The notes under the pieces were generated by a model. That model worked only from the letters and a program-made list of their open reading frames with translations, was not told where the DNA came from and ran no database searches. From the sequence record PP456877.1: DNA of 64,000 nt, one strand, 5' to 3'. Each line of letters begins with the position of its first letter. Position 1 is the stretch's first letter. The position numbers and the translations under genes were made by a program. Below are positions 1-9,213 of the stretch, piece after piece.

Positions 1-66
1 TAGTTACAATAGACAACATAAATACAATTACATATTTCATAATGAATTACCTCAAAATTAATTTTA

Positions 67-330
67 TTAACTATTGGTTTCACCACGAGTATTGAATTCT
101 AAATCCAATACAACTTTAGTAAATTCTTCCAGTGCACCACCCTCGTAGATGAGTGGGTCACTGTCACCCCGGTACATGCTACCTACCGGTACTTGACCAC
201 GAAACACCATCAGCATATCGTTTTTTACTATGACATGATGTTCATCCCCGACAGCAATGTCTTGGATGTGTCTCCAGCGTTCACGCAGTAAGCTGCAAGC
301 GCACCATACGGATTTCAAACGTTCAGTCAT
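67..330 (-). CDS. hypothetical early protein
   Basis: 87 aa ORF directly downstream of the early promoter motif at 364-371. Confidence 0.75.
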   Translation of the reverse strand: MTERLKSVWCACSLLRERWRHIQDIAVGDEHHVIVKNDMLMVFRGQVPVGSMYRGDSDPLIYEGGALEEFTKVVLDLEFNTRGETNS

Positions 331-363
331 TGTATTGCCCTCTTGGTTATTAAATTCATATTT

Positions 364-371
364 GTAATATA
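364..371 (-). promoter_or_regulatory. phiKZ-type early promoter core TATATTAC
   Basis: GTAATATA on +, with AT-rich TTTAAA upstream on - and a terminator further upstream; matches the published phiKZ early consensus. Confidence 0.75.
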
Positions 372-410
372 GCTTTTTAAATAGTTTAAATACAAAAAAA
401 GATAAATAAA

Positions 411-430
411 ACCCTCCCCGAAGGGAGGGT
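411..430 (-). terminator. intrinsic terminator, cUUCGg loop
   Basis: accctccc-cgaa-gggagggt; TTTTATTT follows on -. Confidence 0.85.
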
Positions 431-448
431 GTATATTAAGTAATTATT

Positions 449-1105
449 TTAACATACAATTTCATTATCAGAAAATAGTTTATTATATTCTTTTAGTGCA
501 TCCCCACCAACCATAGTACACCTGCCATAGAGAACAGATATAGCCAGATCTTTAATAGCGGGGTGACAATTATTTAACTTACTGATTAGTTGAGCTTTCT
601 CAGTCAGATACAGTTCAGCAAAATCAGGCTTATCATTAACAATCGACCACATGTTTGAAATGGAATCTAGTAACTTAAGAGATTGACCACTCCATGAAAT
701 GCGAGAAAGTCTTTCATGTTGTAAACTAATCCTAGTTTTACGATTACCTTCGTAAGTTACATTTGTTAGTTCAGTTACTAAATTAACAACAGGGATTGAG
801 AATAGTTTAGTTAGATCAGAAGCAGTTACAGCAGTATCCTCAATTACATCATGTAACCATGCTGCTTTATAAGCAGCGTGAGATAGGTCGAATAATTGCG
901 CCATCTCAGCTACTTGTAATAAATGATGCCAGTAAGGTTTTCCTGAACCATCTCGCAATTGACCAACAGCAGTATGTGCCGCAATGGCATATGATGCAGC
1001 CATTGCATTACCCGCATTGGAATATTTGCCATTACCTAGATGGTTAGTTAAGAGAATATTCTCTTTCCCTCCTTCTAGAATATCGATAATTTCATTCATT
1101 AGCAT
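449..1105 (-). CDS. HD-domain hydrolase, RelA/SpoT-HD (Mesh1/SAH-like)
   Basis: HTAVGQLRDGSGKPYWHHLLQV, AAWLHDVIEDT, LKLLDSISN motifs. Confidence 0.85.
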   Translation of the reverse strand: MLMNEIIDILEGGKENILLTNHLGNGKYSNAGNAMAASYAIAAHTAVGQLRDGSGKPYWHHLLQVAEMAQLFDLSHAAYKAAWLHDVIEDTAVTASDLTKLFSIPVVNLVTELTNVTYEGNRKTRISLQHERLSRISWSGQSLKLLDSISNMWSIVNDKPDFAELYLTEKAQLISKLNNCHPAIKDLAISVLYGRCTMVGGDALKEYNKLFSDNEIVC

Positions 1106-1135
1106 AGCTATATTCCTATTTAAATTATTGGAAAC

Positions 1136-1570
1136 CTAATATAGGTCTTCACTAAATAAATATTTAGTTACTAATCTATTTTCTAATTCAGCTCGATATA
1201 ACTGATTATTATTCTTAGCGATAATTACTGCTTCTTCCCTAGAGTGGAAGTTTTCATACTGATCAATAAAACCTTGTTCATGATCATCTCCTGCATATTC
1301 ATGCAATACCTTAAGACCACCATACATTAGCTGTTGTTGAGTCATTATGATTGATGAATGCCTCGCTGCAATGAAATAAACATCCTTCCATCTATTGCAG
1401 GCGGCAACTATCCTTAATTTCACATCGGGATGTTGTTCCCACCACCATAGACCAGTTTCCTCATTCCAATACCTTTCTTTCATTTGAGTTTTTCTAAACT
1501 CACCTTGTATGTCTAAAAGTCTAAATGCCTCTTCTTTAGACATAGCTTGTAGAATAGGATACTTATCCAT
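1136..1570 (-). CDS. conserved phage hypothetical protein
   Basis: ARH...EQGFIDQ...SREEA..IA...LFSEDLY pattern recalled from many phage proteins. Confidence 0.75.
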   Translation of the reverse strand: MDKYPILQAMSKEEAFRLLDIQGEFRKTQMKERYWNEETGLWWWEQHPDVKLRIVAACNRWKDVYFIAARHSSIIMTQQQLMYGGLKVLHEYAGDDHEQGFIDQYENFHSREEAVIIAKNNNQLYRAELENRLVTKYLFSEDLY

Positions 1571-1600
1571 TTAATACAGATACCTAATTGCGAAATAGAA

Positions 1601-1618
1601 AGAGCCCCGAAGGGCTCT
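1601..1618 (-). terminator. intrinsic terminator, cUUCGg loop
   Basis: agagccc-cgaa-gggctct. Confidence 0.8.
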
Positions 1619-1620
1619 TA

Positions 1621-1977
1621 TTATACAAGTAGCTTTTCAATAGTGAAGCTTGTCCAGACCATTGCCCTATAACCAACACTCTCTTCAGTATAAGTGATAT
1701 CATCAAACTTATTAGGTGGCATGAAACCACGTTGTGTACTAGCATCAGTCACAACAAGATTAGAATCTTTTAAAGTTTCATTTAGAGCCTTAAGTTTATC
1801 CTTACTAATTGATCCCTTAACATGGAACTTAAAATAAGCATAGCCTTTATGATTGATACGACAACTGTCAAGAACAGTTTGTTTATCATTCATTTGACTC
1901 ATCAGATCACTAATAACTGCATCATCTACAGGAGTATCATCATTGACAATATTGATTAATTCAATATAAGTTGGCAT
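1621..1977 (-). CDS. probable phiKZ gp244-like outer capsid decoration protein
   Basis: 118 aa ORF; gp244 by counting genes from thyA (gp235); function recalled from phiKZ capsid cryo-EM. Confidence 0.5.
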   Translation of the reverse strand: MPTYIELINIVNDDTPVDDAVISDLMSQMNDKQTVLDSCRINHKGYAYFKFHVKGSISKDKLKALNETLKDSNLVVTDASTQRGFMPPNKFDDITYTEESVGYRAMVWTSFTIEKLLV

Positions 1978-2034
1978 TCTTTTTGTTTCCTTAATTAGAT
2001 AAACTACATAAGATAATTTTTAATTGATATTCTA

Positions 2035-2931
2035 TTAAATTTTCAATAGGAACCCATTGTGATTAAATGAGATAATACAGTTATGCCCCATCATGACAGT
2101 ATGATAAGATACTATATTGTCACGTGTATTATTTGAAATCTTGTTCACCTTAAATTCATTCATGATAGCATTATGAATGGCTAAGTCTTTTTCTCGATAC
2201 TGATTTGAAAAAATAATAACAGCAGGGTTAATATTGATAGTATCCATTGCATTAAGAAAATATTCAACATCAAACTTTTTAATAGTTTCAGATTTTCCAA
2301 CACAACCCTTAGTTTCATCAATTAATGAAAAACCAATAGTTCTAATTGGTTCGTCCTCATTATGGAAGTCATAATTGGTAATGCTCATACCTATCAATAG
2401 TCCATTTTTATCTACATTAACTACTTTAGAATCAGTGTACTTATAAATATCACTGATTGCATAACCAGCTGAATACAATACATCTTTAAAATGACTAGTT
2501 ACTTTATCAATAATAAAGTTTTGATAATCTGTTTGATATAGTTTATCACTATGTTCAAGCTTTTTGATAATATCACTTAGTTCATGATACACGTTGGTAA
2601 AACTATTCGAAAAATAATTATCTTTTATTCCTAACCTAGTTAACAGATCTAGCTGGATTTCTTTTTTAGATAGTTTCGTAGAATTACTAAGTTTTTCAAT
2701 GACGGATGTAATTGTACGTAGATCAATTGCTAGTGAAAGTGATTTAAAGATATTATTAATTGGTGTATCAGATAGCTTTGAAATAGCTATTAGTAGATTA
2801 TCTAATTCATCATTAGTAATTTTCAGTTCTTTCACAATATCATTATATTCAATTAGTTTACCATCAATAATATTACAGATTAAAAGTTTATGTAATTCTT
2901 TAATAGTGGTATTAACTTGTAGATTATTCAT
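2035..2931 (-). CDS. hypothetical protein
   Basis: 298 aa ORF, very AT-rich. Confidence 0.8.
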
Positions 2932-2951
2932 TTTTTTACCTTTTAGTTAAT

Positions 2952-3389
2952 TTAAAATTTATTTACAGCTCTAAGAAAATATTCAGATGGATCATCGAAG
3001 AAGACAATACTATCAACAACACTATTTTGTCGAGTACACCTTACTTTGATAAGATTATATTCTCTGAATTTATTAAGCCCCCAAGCTTCTTTAGCACGAT
3101 GGCGTAACCCACTACCAACAATAGCCCCATACCTAGTTTGTTCAACAAATAAATAAACATCCCAGCCATGATGATTATCATGGTATTTTGCGTAGTATTT
3201 ATTGTCTTTAGTTTTGTTTAAACTAAGACTATACCTTTCTGTCTGTAGTTGATTAATATTCGATTTAATCATTTCATTTAATTTGGGTTCCACTATATGA
3301 ATGACATCGCCAGCAGTAGTGGCCATTACCTTTAGTTTGTGATGCACGTTCGTAAGAACGTCCTCCCAAATGTTAGTAACTACGTCCAT
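2952..3389 (-). CDS. hypothetical early protein
   Basis: 145 aa ORF, GAGG SD, downstream of promoter 3435-3442. Confidence 0.8.
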   Translation of the reverse strand: MDVVTNIWEDVLTNVHHKLKVMATTAGDVIHIVEPKLNEMIKSNINQLQTERYSLSLNKTKDNKYYAKYHDNHHGWDVYLFVEQTRYGAIVGSGLRHRAKEAWGLNKFREYNLIKVRCTRQNSVVDSIVFFDDPSEYFLRAVNKF

Positions 3390-3434
3390 CTATTAAAACC
3401 TCGACACATTAATTTGATTTTGTAATACACACAT

Positions 3435-3442
3435 GTAATATA
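3435..3442 (-). promoter_or_regulatory. early promoter core TATATTAC
   Basis: exact motif inside a terminator-promoter cassette. Confidence 0.75.
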
Positions 3443-3443
3443 T

Positions 3444-3488
3444 ATCTCAAATAAAATTTAGTGCAATAGCCCTCCCCGAAGGGAGGGC
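3444..3488. repeat. 45-bp direct repeat copy 1 (promoter upstream element plus terminator)
   Basis: atctcaaataaaatttagtgcaatagccctccccgaagggagggc, identical to 18609-18653. Confidence 0.95.
3469..3488 (-). terminator. intrinsic terminator, cUUCGg loop
   Basis: gccctccc-cgaa-gggagggc. Confidence 0.8.
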
Positions 3489-3500
3489 CATATGCTCTTA

Positions 3501-3830
3501 TTATCGATTAACTACACGATAATTATCAATAATAAACTCGATGTACTGTTCGACATCATGTAAGAAGCAGCTGTAGCTATACCGATCAAGTTTATTTAAA
3601 GCTTCAGTTAGAACTGGTTCGATATAGATATTTATTTCAGCTATTGATGGAATCTCAACATACTTATTTTCATATTCGGTAAGCTGCTCCTTTACCTTAG
3701 CCATTTGCTTTTTGTAAATGTATTCCATAGACCATTCTTTGTAAATGGAGCGCGCCCCATCAAAGAGATGGTAACCAAATGCAATACCACCAAGCACCAG
3801 AACACCAGTGGAAATAGATGACATATTCAT
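3501..3830 (-). CDS. early single-pass membrane protein, probable phiKZ gp241 ortholog
   Basis: N-terminal hydrophobic helix GVLVLGGIAFGYHLF; monocistronic between own early promoter and terminator; gp241 by gene count. Confidence 0.6.
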   Translation of the reverse strand: MNMSSISTGVLVLGGIAFGYHLFDGARSIYKEWSMEYIYKKQMAKVKEQLTEYENKYVEIPSIAEINIYIEPVLTEALNKLDRYSYSCFLHDVEQYIEFIIDNYRVVNR

Positions 3831-3866
3831 GACATATCTCCTTTTTTCAAGATTGAATTCATATGT

Positions 3867-3874
3867 GTAATATA
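3867..3874 (-). promoter_or_regulatory. early promoter core TATATTAC
   Basis: exact motif with TTTAAA upstream on -. Confidence 0.75.
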
Positions 3875-3914
3875 CTGTTTAAATATGTTTGAATACAAAA
3901 AAACACAATATAAA

Positions 3915-3932
3915 ACCTCCCCGAAGGGAGGT
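3915..3932 (-). terminator. intrinsic terminator, cUUCGg loop
   Basis: acctccc-cgaa-gggaggt. Confidence 0.8.
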
Positions 3933-3959
3933 ATTTATGGTAACTTTGTAAAAGACTTA

Positions 3960-4442
3960 TTATAGTTGAAAGTCTTTATCTTCTTCAATGATTTCATAAC
4001 CTGGTGAATTAACTATATTTTTATTTAAACGAACTCGTTCATCTACTAAGTGTTTAACTACTTTAAGTAATTGACTTATTGACAGGTCATTATTTTCATC
4101 GGTATCTGATTTAAAAATACGACCACTGGTAGGTGAAGCATTTGTAAAACTAATACCTTCATTATCTTTATAAATATCATAATACCATACGACATATGGA
4201 CTATTGGTATTACTTATGACAAATACTAAAAATAGATCTTCATCATCACCTTGACCACACAGGATCCCGATATTTTTCCGATGCGTTATACCACCTGTAA
4301 TAATCAGGCCATCAGCATCACCACCGAATTTAAATATATCATAACCACCTTCAAGTTTACCATTTTCAAAATACTGTAATAGTGCACCACCTACCACAGC
4401 ACCCCATGAAAAGAAGTTATCTTTGTTTAGAAACTCAATCAT
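3960..4442 (-). CDS. hypothetical protein
   Basis: 160 aa ORF with GAGG SD. Confidence 0.8.
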   Translation of the reverse strand: MIEFLNKDNFFSWGAVVGGALLQYFENGKLEGGYDIFKFGGDADGLIITGGITHRKNIGILCGQGDDEDLFLVFVISNTNSPYVVWYYDIYKDNEGISFTNASPTSGRIFKSDTDENNDLSISQLLKVVKHLVDERVRLNKNIVNSPGYEIIEEDKDFQL

Positions 4443-4443
4443 C

Positions 4444-4626
4444 TTAAAAATCCTCTTTAGGTTCAGTGATTCGAGAATAAAGAATAAACATATCGGTTAG
4501 GATATTTCTATCTAGTTCATAATTATCTTTAATACTTAATTGAATAGTTCCATATTTAACATTGGCACGTGTAAATAAGATTCCATATTGAAATATACCT
4601 GTAGTACACAAATTATAAAACAACAT
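4444..4626 (-). CDS. small hypothetical protein
   Basis: 60 aa ORF abutting the next gene. Confidence 0.5.
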   Translation of the reverse strand: MLFYNLCTTGIFQYGILFTRANVKYGTIQLSIKDNYELDRNILTDMFILYSRITEPKEDF

Positions 4627-4629
4627 AAA

Positions 4630-4656
4630 AAGAGAGAGGAATTTATCCTCTCTCTT
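4630..4656 (-). terminator. intrinsic terminator
   Basis: aagagagagga-attta-tcctctctctt, TTTATG follows on -. Confidence 0.8.
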
Positions 4657-4673
4657 TATGCAACTAAATAGTT

Positions 4674-4796
4674 TTATTCTTTTTGCTTTTCTTTAGCTTC
4701 ACGTTTAGCTTTGAGTTCTGCATTATTAAGCCGCCAAGCAGCTTGCATAGTAGCTAGATTGACAAACTTAGGCTGTTGCTTATTTTTAACTTTCAT
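4674..4796 (-). CDS. 40 aa Lys-rich small protein (not in ORF track)
   Basis: Hand-translated MKVKNKQQPKFVNLATMQAAWRLNNAELKAKREAKEKQKE; GGA SD; ends before terminator. Confidence 0.65.
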   Translation of the reverse strand: MKVKNKQQPKFVNLATMQAAWRLNNAELKAKREAKEKQKE

Positions 4797-4867
4797 TTGC
4801 TAATTCCAAATTTATTTCGAATGGTTAATTTAAACTATTAAATTGCTTCATATTCTTCATGCATAAT

Positions 4868-5161
4868 TTAATCCTCAGTCAGCGTAGCATAATCTACATA
4901 AAGATCATTGAGTTGCTCTTTTAATGAAATATTTATTTTTAATTCATTAAGAGTAATCCTATTCCAATGTTTACGCGGATTACCACATAGCATACAACGA
5001 GACCTACCGCAGTTAAACGGATTATGTTTACGCCATTTACCTTTAGCCTTTGCTGAAGGATTAGTGTCATTATAACGACTCTCGGCTAGTGAAACATAAT
5101 AATTAACTATACGAGTATTGTGATGACGATTAAGTTGTGCAGATAGTTTGTTGCTTGACAT
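4868..5161 (-). CDS. basic hypothetical protein with possible Zn-binding motif
   Basis: HNPFNCGRSRCMLCGNPRK. Confidence 0.75.
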   Translation of the reverse strand: MSSNKLSAQLNRHHNTRIVNYYVSLAESRYNDTNPSAKAKGKWRKHNPFNCGRSRCMLCGNPRKHWNRITLNELKINISLKEQLNDLYVDYATLTED

Positions 5162-5180
5162 ATTTATACTCCACCTTAAT

Positions 5181-5206
5181 ACCCCTACCCCAATATGGAG
5201 TAGGGT
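5181..5206 (-). terminator. hairpin, probable terminator
   Basis: imperfect acccctacccc-aatat-ggagtagggt in an intergenic gap. Confidence 0.55.
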
Positions 5207-5260
5207 AAAGTATGTAGTAGAGTAAATTTAATACATTAACTTTTAACATTCTAAACTTCA

Positions 5261-5761
5261 TTAATTTTCCACAATATCCTGGATGGTACGTAGACTTTCT
5301 TGCATTGTCAGTAAGAAATTACGATAAGGTTCACTGGTGTCCAAAAAAGGTGGCATGTTTAACCTATTAGTAACCTCTTCTAGAAATTCTTTATACTTAT
5401 AAAGATTAATAGTGAATTTATTACAATCTGGATCAGTAGTAGTTGGGATAATATAATTACGAATAATGTAGTAAATATGAAAACTGCTACCATATTCAAT
5501 TAAAGTATAAGGATTATCATCAATGAATTTCTGTGCTTCTTTTCCTTTTAAGGCGAAATCTTCTCGTTCAACGATTTCATGAAGTAGCGGCCCTAAGAAT
5601 TGCATTGGAATCACACCATACATTTTAGCGAATTCCTTAATATCTTTATATGTTACTTTTGGATTAGGATATACCTCACGATTCCTACCAATATTTCTAA
5701 CTAGATATAGTTTTTCTTTTACTAAGATATTTTCGATGCATAGTTCATCTTTAAATAGCAT
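5261..5761 (-). CDS. hypothetical protein
   Basis: 166 aa ORF. Confidence 0.8.
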   Translation of the reverse strand: MLFKDELCIENILVKEKLYLVRNIGRNREVYPNPKVTYKDIKEFAKMYGVIPMQFLGPLLHEIVEREDFALKGKEAQKFIDDNPYTLIEYGSSFHIYYIIRNYIIPTTTDPDCNKFTINLYKYKEFLEEVTNRLNMPPFLDTSEPYRNFLLTMQESLRTIQDIVEN

Positions 5762-5810
5762 AAAATATTTTCCTTTTAATAAGATGGTATTAAACTTTTT
5801 TCTTTATTGA

Positions 5811-6644
5811 CTAATATTTTCTTCGTTCGATGCCCTGTAGTTTCGCGAATGTGTCGATCTTGTACTGGTCAACAAAATGCCAGGCTAGATCGGTAAGTGC
5901 ATAGATGTCCGGACGTTCGTATTTACCGAAGTCTGGTTTCTCACGACTCAATTGAAAATCGATGAACTGATCTAATATAGGGCAACGATCTATCAGATCC
6001 TGTTCAGTAGCCCCAACCTTATCATTAACCAGTTCTTGGATACGTTTATAAAGGATAGGATCTGTTAGAAGAGGCAGTAGATCATGGAATACCATCGGTG
6101 GATGTTCCAGACTTTCACGGACCCAAATTGCAGCCAACAGAGGACGAAGAGAATAGAAGTATTTCTTCATCCGGACTTTCTCATCTGACAACCAACGCAT
6201 TTTGGTTTGTTTGGCCATCGAGATATAATGCATGTAACTCGATTCAGGGATGAAGTGCTTTAGCGCAGCATCACGGATTAACTTGTAGTCCCGATCAACC
6301 TTACGGTAAACGATTGGGGAGTTTAGCCATTCCAAGAGAGTGGGGTTAGACTTGTAAGCAAGCTGAAGAGTCTTAGTGATACTCCAACCAGCTAGGTCTA
6401 GTTCTTTAGACACCATCTCTTCAATAGTATCACGTGCTTCATTATCCACACGAACATAATGACTCGGATGGTTAACGTAAATGAAACGAACATCATAGTC
6501 ACTATTGGTTGAAGCAAAGCCCCATCCACGACTACCGGACTCACAAGCATAAATAATCTTTACACCATATTTCTTTTCGATACGGTCTAGTTCTACATTA
6601 ATCGTTACCCGCATCTCATCGTTAACTGGATGACGTTGATCCAT
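5811..6644 (-). CDS. Pol-beta superfamily nucleotidyltransferase (Nuc-transf/RlaP, T4 NrdC.11-like)
   Basis: YACESGSRGWGFASTNSDYDVRFIY, DLAGW, KSNPTLLEWL, KKYFYSLRPLLA. Confidence 0.9.
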   Translation of the reverse strand: MDQRHPVNDEMRVTINVELDRIEKKYGVKIIYACESGSRGWGFASTNSDYDVRFIYVNHPSHYVRVDNEARDTIEEMVSKELDLAGWSITKTLQLAYKSNPTLLEWLNSPIVYRKVDRDYKLIRDAALKHFIPESSYMHYISMAKQTKMRWLSDEKVRMKKYFYSLRPLLAAIWVRESLEHPPMVFHDLLPLLTDPILYKRIQELVNDKVGATEQDLIDRCPILDQFIDFQLSREKPDFGKYERPDIYALTDLAWHFVDQYKIDTFAKLQGIERRKY

Positions 6645-7051
6645 TATCCACCAACCTTTTCAAATTTGAGTTTTTCTTCTTTACCTGTGTCCAGATACAT
6701 GAACATCGATGTACCCAGCAAGTTGTATACAAACCAACCTTTGCTCACAAGTTCCTCTTCGAATTTCAGTGGTGCCGATAGTTCGCATATAGCCTCGTAC
6801 GGGATGACAATAGGCTCTTTCTCGGGCTTAGTAAGAATCAGTGCATGATCTGCAAGCTTCAACCATTGCTTGCGACTACTGATACCAAGACCAATACTAA
6901 ACTCTTCACCTGGATCTTTTCCGTTAAAAAGGCTACAGCGAGTTTCTTTGGTTACTCTATTACCGGCGATACCGATCGTGAGAGGATCAGGAAAGACCCC
7001 CATCAGTTCAATAACCATTTCAAGTTGACGCTTCAGTTCAGTGTTGTTCAT
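6644..7051 (-). CDS. hypothetical protein
   Basis: 135 aa ORF, stop overlaps the next start. Confidence 0.8.
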   Translation of the reverse strand: MNNTELKRQLEMVIELMGVFPDPLTIGIAGNRVTKETRCSLFNGKDPGEEFSIGLGISSRKQWLKLADHALILTKPEKEPIVIPYEAICELSAPLKFEEELVSKGWFVYNLLGTSMFMYLDTGKEEKLKFEKVGG

Positions 7052-7159
7052 AGGACAAATTCCTTTGTATTGTATTTACGTACTACATCGGTCCACTAGG
7101 CAGGAGTCTGTGCATAGTAGTATTCGCTGAATATCCCAAATGAACCATAGGGAAATAAA

Positions 7160-7177
7160 GCCTCCCCAAAGGGAGGC
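7160..7177 (-). terminator. intrinsic terminator
   Basis: gcctccc-caaa-gggaggc after thyA. Confidence 0.85.
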
Positions 7178-7184
7178 ATTTATG

Positions 7185-8651
7185 TTAGACAGCAACTTTA
7201 CCAGCAATGTGTGAATGATATTCGTAGTTTTCGATAACAAAATCATCTACACCAATTTCCCGAATATCTTTACCAATAGCTTCTTGTTTGAAACGAATAG
7301 TTGGTAGAACCTTCGGTTCACGAGTTAATTGAAGATCAGTCTGTTCTTGGTGATTAGAGTAAATATGTACATCACCACCAGTCCAGATAAACTCTTCAGC
7401 AATCATATTCATTTGGTTAGCTAACATGTGAGTCAGCAGACTATAGAACGTGATGTTAAAGGGTTTTCCTAAGAAAGTATCACAAGATCTTTGATAGAGT
7501 TGACAACTGATGGCTCGTTTTGGAGCACCATGTTGATCCAGCCATTCTACTACTGCTTCATCTGTAGCCTTTTCATAACCACGACAGACACGCAGAAGTG
7601 CTTTAACCTGCTCAGCACTATCGAATGGAGGTTGACCACGAGTAATCTCACCACTAATCTTATCATGATAAGCATCAGCTTCGAACTGGGTTTGGTCTAG
7701 AGCTTGCACTCGTTCATCTACGGTCAGTTCACGGGTCCAGAACTGAATAAATGCGTGGCAAGGTGGGAGTGCCTGCTCATCAATAAGATGTGGCGCCCAT
7801 GCACAAACAATGATCCGACGAGAATCCGGGTTGGTGCGAAGTTGATCGATGATGTCTTGGATTTGGTCGATACGTCGAGTAACCACGCATCTATCGGTTT
7901 CCATGGTTGTACCTGGGATATCCGCCACGAAGTCAAAACCACGCTTCTCATAATCAAACCACTCATATTTAGGGATTACACGAGTGTCTTCAAGATTACG
8001 CCATGTCTTACCGTAAACAGCACCTAGATCGCCACCGACCAGACGCTCTGGTTCTTTATGCATCAAAGCACGATACAGTCGCTTGTTATATTCAGCACGA
8101 ATACCTTCAGGATTTTTGGCTTCATCGAACCCTTCAGTAGCGAACCTATTCCACGACGTTACGCTAACTCCAATGATGTATTGGATTTCCTCACGGTTAA
8201 CTGGATATTCATCCCAGAAGGCCTGAATAGTCTCTGGAGTCATACCCGACTCGAATTCCGCTACAGTCTCAATGAATGGAGTAGAGTCATCGTTCATACA
8301 ATGTAAGTACATTACGAATGGGGCACCAATGAGGGCAGTTACTGCTTTAAGAACGGCCTCATCGGTCATCGGCTCATATACTGCGGTTTCAGGTTTAACC
8401 CACTCGTTCCAGATGCGTACACCATTAGCGATCAGGTAATCCACCTTAGTATCACCTGACAGCATCCAGAACAATTCATGAATTACAGAAGCTAGATGAA
8501 TCTTCTTGGTGGTTACAACTGGTAGCCGATTATTACGCAGACTATAACGTTCTTGTTGACCAAACATGCTCTGAGTACCAGTACCAGTACGGTCACCTTT
8601 ATGTACACCGTGTTCTTTAACTAAACGGATTGAATTAAGATATTGTTCCAT
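7185..8651 (-). CDS. thyA: thymidylate synthase with large in-frame insertions
   Basis: GDRTGTGT, PVVTTKK, RIWNEW, GDLGAVYG, NPDSRRIIV, ALPPCH, YQRSCD, GDVHIYSNH. Confidence 0.97.
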   Translation of the reverse strand: MEQYLNSIRLVKEHGVHKGDRTGTGTQSMFGQQERYSLRNNRLPVVTTKKIHLASVIHELFWMLSGDTKVDYLIANGVRIWNEWVKPETAVYEPMTDEAVLKAVTALIGAPFVMYLHCMNDDSTPFIETVAEFESGMTPETIQAFWDEYPVNREEIQYIIGVSVTSWNRFATEGFDEAKNPEGIRAEYNKRLYRALMHKEPERLVGGDLGAVYGKTWRNLEDTRVIPKYEWFDYEKRGFDFVADIPGTTMETDRCVVTRRIDQIQDIIDQLRTNPDSRRIIVCAWAPHLIDEQALPPCHAFIQFWTRELTVDERVQALDQTQFEADAYHDKISGEITRGQPPFDSAEQVKALLRVCRGYEKATDEAVVEWLDQHGAPKRAISCQLYQRSCDTFLGKPFNITFYSLLTHMLANQMNMIAEEFIWTGGDVHIYSNHQEQTDLQLTREPKVLPTIRFKQEAIGKDIREIGVDDFVIENYEYHSHIAGKVAV

Positions 8652-8851
8652 TACTTGATCCTCGGATTGTCTACTAGTCCACAGTTGAACCAGAGATGTT
8701 TATCATGGCGGCGATCATCACTAATAGATACGATCGTACCCTTACCATCTTTAAAGTTAATAATCAATGCCCGAACTCGGCCATGGGAGAGAGCATTGAA
8801 AATTTTGTACGACTTTACACTGAATGCGATTCTTTCATCAAGACGATCCAT
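8651..8851 (-). CDS. small hypothetical protein
   Basis: 66 aa, GAGG SD, coupled to thyA start. Confidence 0.75.
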   Translation of the reverse strand: MDRLDERIAFSVKSYKIFNALSHGRVRALIINFKDGKGTIVSISDDRRHDKHLWFNCGLVDNPRIK

Positions 8852-8878
8852 ACTTCATTCCTCTAACCTTACTGGTAA

Positions 8879-9172
8879 TCATAGATCAACCTCTATCCGT
8901 TTGTATTTGATATTAACTGGAATACCTAATTCATTTTTTACAAGATTAAATGAGTTTTTCGATGGAGTGTATGTAGCAACTATAACGGCTTGACTATCAA
9001 CTACAGCTACATCTCGCCATTCCATGTGCATGTTATCGAAATCATCTTTACCCATGATCAAGTAATAAGACGTATCATTATGCGTAATGGTATTTTCAAA
9101 CGGTCTAATTACAAAAGCACTTAAACTAGACGGTATACGGTGTCCTACTTGTTCAAGTGTAACTGTATACAT
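8879..9172 (-). CDS. hypothetical protein
   Basis: 97 aa, GGAGG SD. Confidence 0.8.
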   Translation of the reverse strand: MYTVTLEQVGHRIPSSLSAFVIRPFENTITHNDTSYYLIMGKDDFDNMHMEWRDVAVVDSQAVIVATYTPSKNSFNLVKNELGIPVNIKYKRIEVDL

Positions 9173-9193
9173 AAAACCTCCTAGACGATATAC

Positions 9194-9213
9194 GGGAGTC
9201 CCGAAGGACTCCC
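9194..9213 (-). terminator. hairpin with cUUCGg loop, probable terminator
   Basis: gggagtcc-cgaa-ggactccc. Confidence 0.7.

Noticed and set aside
7491-8306. Several + strand and alternate-frame ORFs within thyA
   Set aside because: Shadow ORFs of a well-supported gene in a higher-GC region; no SD or motifs
7185-8651. Intron or intein explaining the oversized thyA
   Set aside because: Continuous frame; no intein Cys/His-Asn termini or endonuclease motifs
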